64,000 bases of DNA, taken from NCBI GenBank assembly GCA_964344175.1, contig CAYFMI010000002.1, forward strand, positions 6,350-70,349. Reading direction: 5' to 3'. Position numbers and translations under genes: made by a program. This DNA comes from an uncultured Anaerolineales bacterium. GTDB taxonomy: Bacteria > Chloroflexota > Anaerolineae > Anaerolineales > UBA11858. Positions 43,411 through 52,239 of the stretch are shown piece by piece. Positions within the stretch are counted from its first letter, which is position 1, and every line of letters begins with the position of its first letter. Below the pieces are notes generated by a model. That model saw only the letters and a program-made list of their open reading frames with translations, had not been told where the DNA came from and made no database searches.

Positions 43411-46400
43411 TCACTCAGAAATCTCGAAGATCGCCCCGGCGCTGGTGCCCTGCACTTCGGGGAAGTAGAACTGCCAGGCATGGGCCGGAAGGACGCGGTA
43501 GGCGCCCGGCTGGTTGAGTACCAGGATGTAAGTTAGTTCGTAGGTTCCAGCGGGCAGGTAGTTCACTGCCCAGGCAATATGGTCATCGTAAATTTGGGGG
43601 TTGTTGAAATACCACCAGCCCCACCCGGAGCCGAAGGGGTCGTCGATAGCGTAGTCGGGCAGTCCTTGCTGGCTGGTTTTCAGGTTGGCGTTATAGATCT
43701 CTGCTCCAGCGGGGATGTAGTCTTCGACGGCCAGATAGTAGATTTCGGTTTCCAGCGTAAGGGTCAGGCGCACTTCCAGGGTGTTGCCTGCTGCAGCGCT
43801 GAGGATGGATTCGGCCTGCTCGTCGCCTAGCACGGTATAGGCTCGTGCCACGCTGATGCCGGCATCCAGCGGCTCAACAGCCTCAACCGGGCGGAGTACA
43901 TTCAGGTGGGCAGTGTAATACAACCGCCCCGGCCCATCTTCCCGCTGAATAGTGAGAGCATTGGGGTAGTCGGGGTAGAGATGGGCAACAGCCTGGGATG
44001 TGTTGACGGCGCTGAGTCGGGCGTCGCCCCCGGCCTGCCCTTCTGCCAGCACCGTGCCGTTGATCTCTGCCGAAAAGCCGAAGTCCCCGGCCAACTCGCC
44101 GGTGCCTTTCATGGCTTCGGTTAGCGCCATCAGCGTCCAGGCGGTTTCGTAAGTCGAGGCCCAGGCGCCGCGCGCATCGCGGTGAGTCATCAGGTAGCGC
44201 ACGGCTTCGGGCAGGGTGGCCGAGGCCGGGTCTTCTTGCGCCAGGGCGAAGATCACTACCGCGCTGTTGAAGACAGCCGTTTCCATGTTGCGGGTCGAGC
44301 TGCGGCCTTCCCAATGGGTTCCGGTTGCCGTGCGGATGGCGGTGGATTCCAGATCGGAGATCAGATTGGCAATGCGCTCATCGCCGGGGCGCAGCGTTTC
44401 GAGGCTTAATGCCAGTAGCGCCTGCGCCCAGGGGCTGAGCTGGTCGCGTACTTCATATAAACGCTCAATATTAGAAAGCAACGCGCCGCCTCCAAGTATC
44501 GGCTTGCCGACGATGCCACCCACCGCGCCGCGTGGCTTGAGGGCTTGCGACTGGGCAAAATAGACGAAGGCCATGCGGTCGAGCAGCCACTCATCGGTCA
44601 CCATTTCAAGCGCTGGTGTAGCCGCCGAGAGATAACCCATAGCCTCTTCGATCACCGATGCTTTGACAAAGACCCCGGCATCTTCGGCGCGGCTGAGACC
44701 ATAGAGCACATAGGCGGTCATGTAGGTGTCGCTTTCATTCCCCGACCACCAGCCCCAGCCCCCATCGGAGTTTTGGGTGCTGACCAGGCGCGTCAGGCCG
44801 TCTTCGAGGGTGCGTTCCAGGCGGGCTTGTAAGTCGGGCGCATCCAGCCCCAGGCTTTGAATGGCGCGGTACGCCTCCAGGTTGGGCAAGAAGCGCGAGA
44901 CGGTTTGCTCGGTGCATTCGAAGGGGTAATGTTCGAGTACTTCTAAACCGGTGGTCATGGCGGCGGCCAGCGAGGGAGATAATTCAATCTCCAAGCCTCC
45001 CGCGCCAGGGTCGTAGGCGCGCGGCAGGCTGACCAATTCCAGGCGTTGGCCGCCATCATCGAGGATGCCCGCCGTGCCAAAAGTCTGCGGGGCATTGTAG
45101 CGCACCACCGGCAGATCACCCCAAACCGGTTTGGTAATATCCTCATAGAGTACGTCCCCCTGATCGTTCTGTCCGGAGGCCGAGAAAATCATGGCGACTT
45201 GCTCCACCTCCTCGACCGTGCCCCACCACATTACCTGGGTGTGTCCGCCTGCCGGAATAGCCACCTGCTGCAAGCTGCCGTTGGGATCATCCAGCGTGAA
45301 GCCCGCCGCTTGCAGGGCAATATCTACCTGTAAATCGACGGCGCTGTTGTTGTGTACAATTGCCGCAATGCGAAGATGGTCGTCAACCACCACGAAGCGC
45401 GGCGTCACCGGGCGCACCAGCAACTCTTTGCTGGTGACAATGTGGGTTTCGGCCTGGCCCACAAGCATGGTTTGGGTCAGGCCGCGCACATCAAAATGCC
45501 AGGTGGTCAGGCTGTCGGGCAGGGCAAAGGTGGCCTGGGCCTGTCCATTAGCGTCGGTGACGATTTCGGCGTTCCAATAGGCCGTGTCGGGAAAGTCTTC
45601 GCGCACGAAGGGGGGCAGGAAATCCCCGCCGCCTCCGCCGCCCATCCCGCCGGGGGAGTAGACCTGCCGCTGAACATGCCGCGTCAACCCCATGCTGGTG
45701 CTGACGCCCAGCGGTTGCTCGCGATAATAAAAGTCAAAAATCTCGCGCGAGTTGGGATCAGCCAGCGCCAGGGCGGCCAGATCGGCAACGGCCAGCGAGA
45801 ACTCGCCCACAACCGGCTGCCCGTCGGCATCGGTGACGCGCAGGTCGAAGGTCACCTCCTGGCGCGGCTCGAGATGCGCCGGGCAGGTCATCGAATCTTC
45901 GCAGCTGACCACTTCCCCGGCGTGCATGGCAAGGACTTCGAGATTGAGTTCGAAGGCCGCCGGTGAGACCGGCAGGTCAACATACCCCTGGCGGAAATCG
46001 AGCCAGCCGGAGTCGTTCTCTCCGATCAACGATACCGAGACGAAGACATTGGGGGCGTCCTCCTCACCAAGCGGAATCGATACAGTAACCCCGGCTTCAT
46101 CCAGGTCGAGGCGGTAGTAGCGCGAAACGAAACTGCGCTCAACGGTCACCAGGGCTTGCGTGCCGCTGCCAAAGGGGTTGGGGATGAAAATCTCGGCGGT
46201 GTCACCGGGCAGGTAGTCTTCGCGGTCGGCGGTGATTTGCAAACGCTGGTTGGGCATATTCGGCCACACCGCCTGCCCCTGCCCGCCAACCCACACGAGC
46301 ACCTGCGTAAGCGCGCCCTCATCCCCGCTCACTTCCAACTGGTAGGTTCCCGAATCGGGCGGGATGAAAGCCAAACGCGCCACGCCATCGGAACCGGTGC

Positions 46401-49392
46401 GGAAATTGACATTAGAAATTTCTTCGTACTGGGGCGTGAAGCTGGGGAATCCGTAAGGATGGTTCGACTCTTCTCGCAGCCAGGTCACTTTTTGGAAGAT
46501 GGCGGTCAGCTCTCGGTCCGGGGTGGGGTGCTGTTCCCAATCGACGGTCAGCGCCTCGAAGTTGATCTCCTCTCCGGCGCGCCCCATCCAGGTATCGGGG
46601 CGCACGCCAATGTAGTATTCCGCCGGGTGGACGGTGATCTCGGCCCGGGCGCTGATGGGATAGCCGCTCTCATCGGTGATGGTTGCTTCCAGGGTGTAGT
46701 TCTGAATGTACTCTTCGGGCGGAATCTCAAAGTCCAGGGCCAGCTTCCCCTCGGCGTCGGTTTGGCCCTCTCCCGAATCAACATGCTCTCCAAAGTAACT
46801 CCCGTAACTCATCCAAGAGGGGTAAAGCCAGCTATTGCTGCTGGGGCCAACGCGGTAGCCGGGCAGGTAAAAGTAGGCGCGGCGTTTATACAGTTCCCAA
46901 TTAAGAGGCAGGTCGCCGGCGGGCGCGTCGAAGAAATAGCGCGCTTCCACCTGGGCGTTGAGTTCGGCGTCGGCCAGCATATCGTCTTCTTCGTTGGACA
47001 TGCCGACCTGCATATTGATTTCGGGCTTGCGGTATTCGGCGACATCGAAACTGAGATACCCGTATCCGGTGCTGATCTGATAGGTTCCCGGCTGAGCATC
47101 CTCCGAAAGGGGGTATTCGCCGTGCAACGTGCCAAAGGAAGAAACCGGGTAGTCTTTCTCGAGAATGGCATTGTTGTTATGGTCGTACATGGTGATCGGC
47201 AAGCTTTCAAGGTAAGCCGGGGAGTAACGACCGTTGTAGGCCTGATGCACCAGCACGCGGAAATAGACCGTCTGCCCGGGGCGGTAGATGGGGCGGTCGG
47301 TGTAGGTGTAGGTGTCCACTTCGGGCGCGCTGGAATAATCGGTACTCAGACCAAAATCGTAGCCTTCGATGCCCATATTCCAGTTCGAGAGACTGAGGGC
47401 AAAATCGGGGTCGCCGGGCTGGCCGATCATGGCGAAATACGAAGAGTAGAGGCTCTTTTGCGCCGGAATAGCCGATTGAAAAATGCCATCGGCATCGGTC
47501 TGGCCGCTGACCAGCAGCGCCCCGCTGCGGTCGTAAATGCCCACTGTTGCCCCGCTGACCGGCGCATTGGTGCGCAGATCAAGCGCCCAGACAAAAGCCC
47601 ACGTTGAGCTGAGCTTGAGGGTCAGGTGCGTGTTGCTCGATACCAGCACAAATGGGCCAGGCGGATAATTGACTTCCGCTGTGTCCAGGCTCAGGTAGTA
47701 CAATCCCGGTTCCAGGCCCGTACCGTCCGGCTGAATGGGCAATTGGGCGGCATACATCTGGTCTCCGGGGAGGTCGAGCGTGTGACGCCAAACTTGGGCG
47801 TTGGCGGGCTGGTATTCTTGGAAATAATCGTACGAACCATCCTGCAAAAAAGTGATGAAATCGGCATAGGGCAGGCTGCCTAGCGAAAGATCTACGCTGT
47901 CAATGTTGGTGGCCTGCACGCCCAGGCGGGTATCTTGCGGGGTGAGGAACAGCGACGTGGCATACTGGGTGAAGATCAATTCGCTGCTCAGGGCGCGGGT
48001 GCTGAATTCGAGCTGATATTCGGAAGCGAGCTGCCCGCCCCAGGGGTCGCTAAACCCTGGCTGGAGGGTGAAGACATACTCGGTGAGCGGCTTAAAATCG
48101 CCGTACAGGTTGAACTCGTCATTATCCCCGCCGACCCAGTAACTCAGGTTGCTGACCTCGGGGCTGATGGAAACATAGTCCAGCAGATCCTCGTCATCCA
48201 GCAAGGGAGCGCTGAAGTACAGCGTCACCCCGGCGTAGATGGTGGTATCGCCGCCCTGCGCCGGGTCGCTGGCGCGGATGGCGAGTTCCGGCACGGTGTG
48301 TACTTGCGACGTATAGGTTTGGCCCAAAGGCGTGCCGCCGCGCGCCTGCGCGCCAAAGGGTATCTCGGCGCGGTAGGTTGTATCGCGGGCTAATAAACTG
48401 CTGGGCGTGAAAATGGCAACGCTGTCGCCCTCCTGCCACTCAAACGTCCCCGGCACAAACTCGCCATTCGCGCTCATCAACGTGAAGTGCCCCTCCACAC
48501 TGATGGTGTCCATGGGTTGATTAAAGGTCAGGGTGAAGGCTGCATCCAGGGGAATATCGCCGCCGGTCTCATCGGGCGTCATCGAGACCAGGCGCGGAGA
48601 GGCGGTGATGAAATGCCAGCGCTCTTGCCCAAAAATTGGGCTGCCCATTGTGCTGACCAGATCGCTGGATACCGTGACAGTATAACTAGCGCCGCCAAAC
48701 AGAGCCGTATCAGGGTAAAAGATATAGGTGCTGGTGTTAACCCACTCACCATGCCCATCCACCAGCGGATCGATTTCCAAAGCATCCGGCAGGCCAGCCG
48801 GATCGGCGCCCAGGGCTACAACGGGTTGATTAAAACTCACTACGATGGCTGAAGCCGGATTGACATCGTATGCAGCCGGTTCGGGCAATTTTTGGGTGAC
48901 TTCCAAATAGGGGGCGGTCTGATAGGGCAGGCTGACCGCCTCCGTCATGCTCAGGCCGTTGGCTGCCTGGATAGTAGCGGCAATTTCCACCGTCCAATCG
49001 AGGTCGGGCAGCCAATCCATCCCCGGAGAGACGACCAGGGTTGTTTCATCCAGCCATTCGAAATCCACCGAATGGGTCAGAGCCTGGTCGTTGCTGGTCA
49101 GAAATTGAACCTGGATCGCCTCTTCAGCGCTATCAGCGACAATGGCCTGATTGAAATAAAAGGTCAGCGGCTGATCGAGCGCCAGACGGCTGCCGGGAGG
49201 TGGATCTACCTCTACCAGGGCCGGAGGCAGGGGCTGCGGCGTGGGGGTGATCGTCGGCGTGGGGATAGGTGTGTCCCCGGGAACAACCGACTGAATGGCC
49301 GCCGGCAATCCGCAGGCCAGTGAGAACAATAGCAACAGCGCCACCAGAATTGTGGTGGGCATCTTGGTGCGAGGCAGGTTGGTCGTTTTCAT
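43411..49392 (-). CDS. Bacterial alpha-2-macroglobulin family lipoprotein with an intact thioester motif
   Basis: ORF 43411..49488. Start set to ATG 49392 (AGGAGAG SD; MKTTNLPRT...LFSLACG lipobox). N-terminal Ig-like repeats and MG-domain-like blocks (PGQTVYFRVLV, PGTYQI). Thioester CTEQ at nt 44905..44916 in ...YPFECTEQTVSRFLPN.... Confidence 0.88.
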   Translation of the reverse strand: MKTTNLPRTKMPTTILVALLLLFSLACGLPAAIQSVVPGDTPIPTPTITPTPQPLPPALVEVDPPPGSRLALDQPLTFYFNQAIVADSAEEAIQVQFLTSNDQALTHSVDFEWLDETTLVVSPGMDWLPDLDWTVEIAATIQAANGLSMTEAVSLPYQTAPYLEVTQKLPEPAAYDVNPASAIVVSFNQPVVALGADPAGLPDALEIDPLVDGHGEWVNTSTYIFYPDTALFGGASYTVTVSSDLVSTMGSPIFGQERWHFITASPRLVSMTPDETGGDIPLDAAFTLTFNQPMDTISVEGHFTLMSANGEFVPGTFEWQEGDSVAIFTPSSLLARDTTYRAEIPFGAQARGGTPLGQTYTSQVHTVPELAIRASDPAQGGDTTIYAGVTLYFSAPLLDDEDLLDYVSISPEVSNLSYWVGGDNDEFNLYGDFKPLTEYVFTLQPGFSDPWGGQLASEYQLEFSTRALSSELIFTQYATSLFLTPQDTRLGVQATNIDSVDLSLGSLPYADFITFLQDGSYDYFQEYQPANAQVWRHTLDLPGDQMYAAQLPIQPDGTGLEPGLYYLSLDTAEVNYPPGPFVLVSSNTHLTLKLSSTWAFVWALDLRTNAPVSGATVGIYDRSGALLVSGQTDADGIFQSAIPAQKSLYSSYFAMIGQPGDPDFALSLSNWNMGIEGYDFGLSTDYSSAPEVDTYTYTDRPIYRPGQTVYFRVLVHQAYNGRYSPAYLESLPITMYDHNNNAILEKDYPVSSFGTLHGEYPLSEDAQPGTYQISTGYGYLSFDVAEYRKPEINMQVGMSNEEDDMLADAELNAQVEARYFFDAPAGDLPLNWELYKRRAYFYLPGYRVGPSSNSWLYPSWMSYGSYFGEHVDSGEGQTDAEGKLALDFEIPPEEYIQNYTLEATITDESGYPISARAEITVHPAEYYIGVRPDTWMGRAGEEINFEALTVDWEQHPTPDRELTAIFQKVTWLREESNHPYGFPSFTPQYEEISNVNFRTGSDGVARLAFIPPDSGTYQLEVSGDEGALTQVLVWVGGQGQAVWPNMPNQRLQITADREDYLPGDTAEIFIPNPFGSGTQALVTVERSFVSRYYRLDLDEAGVTVSIPLGEEDAPNVFVSVSLIGENDSGWLDFRQGYVDLPVSPAAFELNLEVLAMHAGEVVSCEDSMTCPAHLEPRQEVTFDLRVTDADGQPVVGEFSLAVADLAALALADPNSREIFDFYYREQPLGVSTSMGLTRHVQRQVYSPGGMGGGGGGDFLPPFVREDFPDTAYWNAEIVTDANGQAQATFALPDSLTTWHFDVRGLTQTMLVGQAETHIVTSKELLVRPVTPRFVVVDDHLRIAAIVHNNSAVDLQVDIALQAAGFTLDDPNGSLQQVAIPAGGHTQVMWWGTVEEVEQVAMIFSASGQNDQGDVLYEDITKPVWGDLPVVRYNAPQTFGTAGILDDGGQRLELVSLPRAYDPGAGGLEIELSPSLAAAMTTGLEVLEHYPFECTEQTVSRFLPNLEAYRAIQSLGLDAPDLQARLERTLEDGLTRLVSTQNSDGGWGWWSGNESDTYMTAYVLYGLSRAEDAGVFVKASVIEEAMGYLSAATPALEMVTDEWLLDRMAFVYFAQSQALKPRGAVGGIVGKPILGGGALLSNIERLYEVRDQLSPWAQALLALSLETLRPGDERIANLISDLESTAIRTATGTHWEGRSSTRNMETAVFNSAVVIFALAQEDPASATLPEAVRYLMTHRDARGAWASTYETAWTLMALTEAMKGTGELAGDFGFSAEINGTVLAEGQAGGDARLSAVNTSQAVAHLYPDYPNALTIQREDGPGRLYYTAHLNVLRPVEAVEPLDAGISVARAYTVLGDEQAESILSAAAGNTLEVRLTLTLETEIYYLAVEDYIPAGAEIYNANLKTSQQGLPDYAIDDPFGSGWGWWYFNNPQIYDDHIAWAVNYLPAGTYELTYILVLNQPGAYRVLPAHAWQFYFPEVQGTSAGAIFEISE

Positions 49393-49541
49393 GGGATTCT
49401 CTCCTGAGAGAGGCAAATGGATAGATGGCACTACCCAGGTTTCAGCGTGGATACTTCCATTATACCCGTGGATTTTTAATACCCACAAAATAAATGATGT
49501 GTGCTTGCGAGCGAAGCTAGTACTCGGTTAGATAGATTATT

Positions 49542-49610
49542 GCAGGTGCGACGCACTTCTGTTGTTACGAGAAAACCGACAGAAACAGCAAATCAGTGCG
49601 TTGCACCTGC
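49542..49610. repeat. Long-loop hairpin (16-bp stem, 37-nt loop); member of a two-copy family
   Basis: GCAGGTGCGACGCACT ... AGTGCGTTGCACCTGC. The 14-mer AGTGCGTTGCACCT recurs exactly at 57389..57402 as the right arm of a similar hairpin. Confidence 0.6.
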
Positions 49611-49669
49611 ACGAGCGGAGGGGATTGCGAGAAGCCGCGTAGCAGTGACGAAGCAATCACACCAGGCGT

Positions 49670-52060
49670 TTAGGGCGTCAGCGCTTTGGTGAGCAGCCCA
49701 GTGCCGATGGCTTCGGCCAACGTGAGATCTTTGGTTTCAAGCACGACAACGACTGCCAGCGATTTGCCTTCCGCACCGGGCAGGGTTCCCCCCAGGTACC
49801 AGGTCAGGCTCTCGCCCTGCGGGACAAAGGCAATCTGCCAGAATTGGGCTTCTATCTCGACAAAGTTACTGGCCTCGGCCAGGGTGGCGTATTGGTGTGC
49901 CGCGCCCAGGGCGGGGAGTAAAACCCAGCCATCTTCCGGATGCTGATAGGCCTGGGCGATCTTGGGGACGGGCTGCAAGCCGTCGTTGCTCAGGGCGGCG
50001 GTCAGCAGGGCGATGCTGATTGGGCTGGTGGAATCTTCGCTCAATGGAGTATCATCACCGGGCAGGCGCAGGGGCACAAAGTTCAGCCAGGAGGCAGGCA
50101 ATCGCTCCGGAAACAGAATCGCCCCCAGGCCGCGCGCCGAGTAGCGCCCCTGGGTGGCGCGATTGAGCAGCGGGGCGCGTTCATCTTCGATCAGCGTATC
50201 CCAAATTTCATCTAACCGATTGGGGTCATAGGTCGGGTGCGAAGCCAACGCCAGAATTTCGCCGTTTTGAGCATTAAGTACAATAATTGTGCCAGCCTGT
50301 TCACCCAGCAGTTCATCAGCAGCATTCTGCAGGCTGAGATCGAGAGTCAGGCGGATATTGAGACCGGGGGGCGGCGTGCCATAGAGCAGGTGATGCCACC
50401 ACACGGTGAAGGGATCATTGCCCTGTTGGCCGCGCAAATAGGGGTCAAGTGTGGCTTCGAGACCGGCCTGCCCATAGATGGGATGATTGTAACCCAGCAG
50501 GGGGCCGAGCTGGGGAGTGTGCGTGAGGCGGGTATACGCCCCAGGCTGACCATCGGTTTCGACCAGGGGAGTGTTGTTCCGGTCGAGCAGGGCGCCGCGC
50601 GGCACACTCAAGTCGGCGATGGCGCGGCGGGGGTTATCGGTACGCGTGAGCAAAGCCGGGCCGCGGTAGAAACTCCACCAACCGTTGACGAGGGCGGTCG
50701 CGGCGAGAGCAGCGATGAGCAGCATTGAAAGTTGCAGGTTGGCGGTTGCAGGTTGGGCGCCCGCCGTCAGTTGTCGGTCATCGGCTTTCCCGCTGATATG
50801 CAATAAGATGAGTATGGCTAAAAACGATGTCAGCAGCGACGACCCTCCGTAGGACATGAAGGGCAGGGTCACGCCGGTGAGGGGCAGCAGGCGCAGGTTG
50901 CCACCAACAATCAGGATGCTCTGGGCAATCATGTGGGCGGTTAGCCCGGCAGCCAGGTAGCGCCAAAAAGGGTCTGATGCCGCGATGGAAATTCGCAAGC
51001 CGCGCAGCGCCAGCAGAGCAAGCAGCGCCAGCAAGCCCAATGTGCCGACCAGCCCGGTCTCCTCGGCAATGGCGGCGAAGACAAAGTCGGAATGTGCGAT
51101 GGGAACAACGCCGGGACTGCCCATGCCGGGGCCGCGCCCGAAGATGCCCCCATTGGCAATGGCCATGATCGATTGCACGATCTGATAAGAGCGCCCGCTG
51201 GGGTCTAGCCAGGGGTTGAGCCAGGCATCCACGCGCAGACGTACCACGTCGAAGAGCAGGTAACCCGCCACACCCGCCACACTCAGCCCTACGGCGCTGA
51301 TGACCGGAATCCAGCGCCAGCCGGTGGCCAGGAAGATCATTACCGAATAGATGAAGATGAACAGCGAGGCCGTGCCGAGGTCGCGTTGCACCAAAAGTAA
51401 GAGCAACGCGAGGCCGGTCATAATGAGCGTTGGCGTTAGCACGTTGAAAGGTTTGAAGGTTTGAGAGTTGGCCGGTTGAATGTTAATACGTACCAACGTG
51501 CCAACGCGCCAACGATCCGCCAGATACGCGGCGAGATAGACGATCAGCAAAAGTTTAAGGGGTTCTGAGGGTTGCAGATAAACGCCGCAGCAGCCCAGCC
51601 ACAAACGCGGGCCGTAACCCAGGGGGTTGGTGCCGAAGATCAGAGTCAGGGCGGTGAGCAGCAGGCCACTGGTCAGCCAGATGTATTTGTAGCGCCGTAG
51701 GGTGTCGAGCAGAGCTTGCAGGCGCAGGCCGAAAATGAGCGCGCCGAGGGCGACCCCCAGCCAAATGGTCTGACGCAGACCGTAGGTAGAAGTCAACCGC
51801 CAGATGGTCAGCAGGCCCCATCCGCTCAATAGGGCAATGATGGGCAGCAACAGGGGATCGCTGTTGGGTAGGTAGCGGGATGCCCCGCGCAGGGCCAGGG
51901 CGAAGCCGACCAGCCAGACGGCGTATCCGAGCCAATGCCCGAAACGATAGTCTGCATCCCAGGAGCGGGCGCGGGCTGCCGGAGAGAGAGTCAATGCCAG
52001 GGCGTAGAACGCCATAAACAGGGCTGCCAGCACAAAAAGGCGACGTTGAGTTTTGCGCAT
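49670..52060 (-). CDS. SEDS (FtsW/RodA-type) glycosyltransferase fused to a class-B-PBP-like domain lacking the catalytic motifs
   Basis: aa 1-~440 are SEDS-like: QPSEPLKLLL, SDFVFAAIAEETGLVG, LPLTGVTLPFMSYGGSSLL. The C-terminal ~330 aa have PBP dimerisation/transpeptidase hallmarks (AGTIIVLNAQNGEILALASHPTYDPN, LLNRATQGRY). No SxxK, SxN or K[TS]G is visible. Confidence 0.8.
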   Translation of the reverse strand: MRKTQRRLFVLAALFMAFYALALTLSPAARARSWDADYRFGHWLGYAVWLVGFALALRGASRYLPNSDPLLLPIIALLSGWGLLTIWRLTSTYGLRQTIWLGVALGALIFGLRLQALLDTLRRYKYIWLTSGLLLTALTLIFGTNPLGYGPRLWLGCCGVYLQPSEPLKLLLIVYLAAYLADRWRVGTLVRINIQPANSQTFKPFNVLTPTLIMTGLALLLLLVQRDLGTASLFIFIYSVMIFLATGWRWIPVISAVGLSVAGVAGYLLFDVVRLRVDAWLNPWLDPSGRSYQIVQSIMAIANGGIFGRGPGMGSPGVVPIAHSDFVFAAIAEETGLVGTLGLLALLALLALRGLRISIAASDPFWRYLAAGLTAHMIAQSILIVGGNLRLLPLTGVTLPFMSYGGSSLLTSFLAILILLHISGKADDRQLTAGAQPATANLQLSMLLIAALAATALVNGWWSFYRGPALLTRTDNPRRAIADLSVPRGALLDRNNTPLVETDGQPGAYTRLTHTPQLGPLLGYNHPIYGQAGLEATLDPYLRGQQGNDPFTVWWHHLLYGTPPPGLNIRLTLDLSLQNAADELLGEQAGTIIVLNAQNGEILALASHPTYDPNRLDEIWDTLIEDERAPLLNRATQGRYSARGLGAILFPERLPASWLNFVPLRLPGDDTPLSEDSTSPISIALLTAALSNDGLQPVPKIAQAYQHPEDGWVLLPALGAAHQYATLAEASNFVEIEAQFWQIAFVPQGESLTWYLGGTLPGAEGKSLAVVVVLETKDLTLAEAIGTGLLTKALTP

Positions 52061-52138
52061 GGGTGTATTGTAGTGGCGATTCGGTGTTTCGGCAATTAGG
52101 GAATCAGGAATCGGGGTTGTTAAATGGTATATTTTAAA

Positions 52139-52186
52139 CTGCCATCTGTCTTCGACTTCGCTGCACTCCGCTCAGACAGATGGCAG
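52139..52186. terminator. 13-bp perfect hairpin with 22-nt loop downstream of the MFS gene
   Basis: CTGCCATCTGTCT-(22 nt)-AGACAGATGGCAG. A function as terminator is not established because the U-tract is weak. Confidence 0.4.
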
Positions 52187-52239
52187 CTTGGTTTGTGATC
52201 TTTGTGAGGCGCAGCCGAGAGATGAGGCAGCAACTTGAG

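Noticed and set aside
46156-47607. 483-aa ORF on the plus strand inside the alpha-2-macroglobulin gene. Similar ORFs occur at 45352..45966, 47935..48393 and 48892..49323.
   Set aside because: It is antisense to a gene with strong domain and motif support. The product is Gly/Arg/Ala/Val-rich with no motif. Long antisense ORFs are expected in GC-rich coding DNA.
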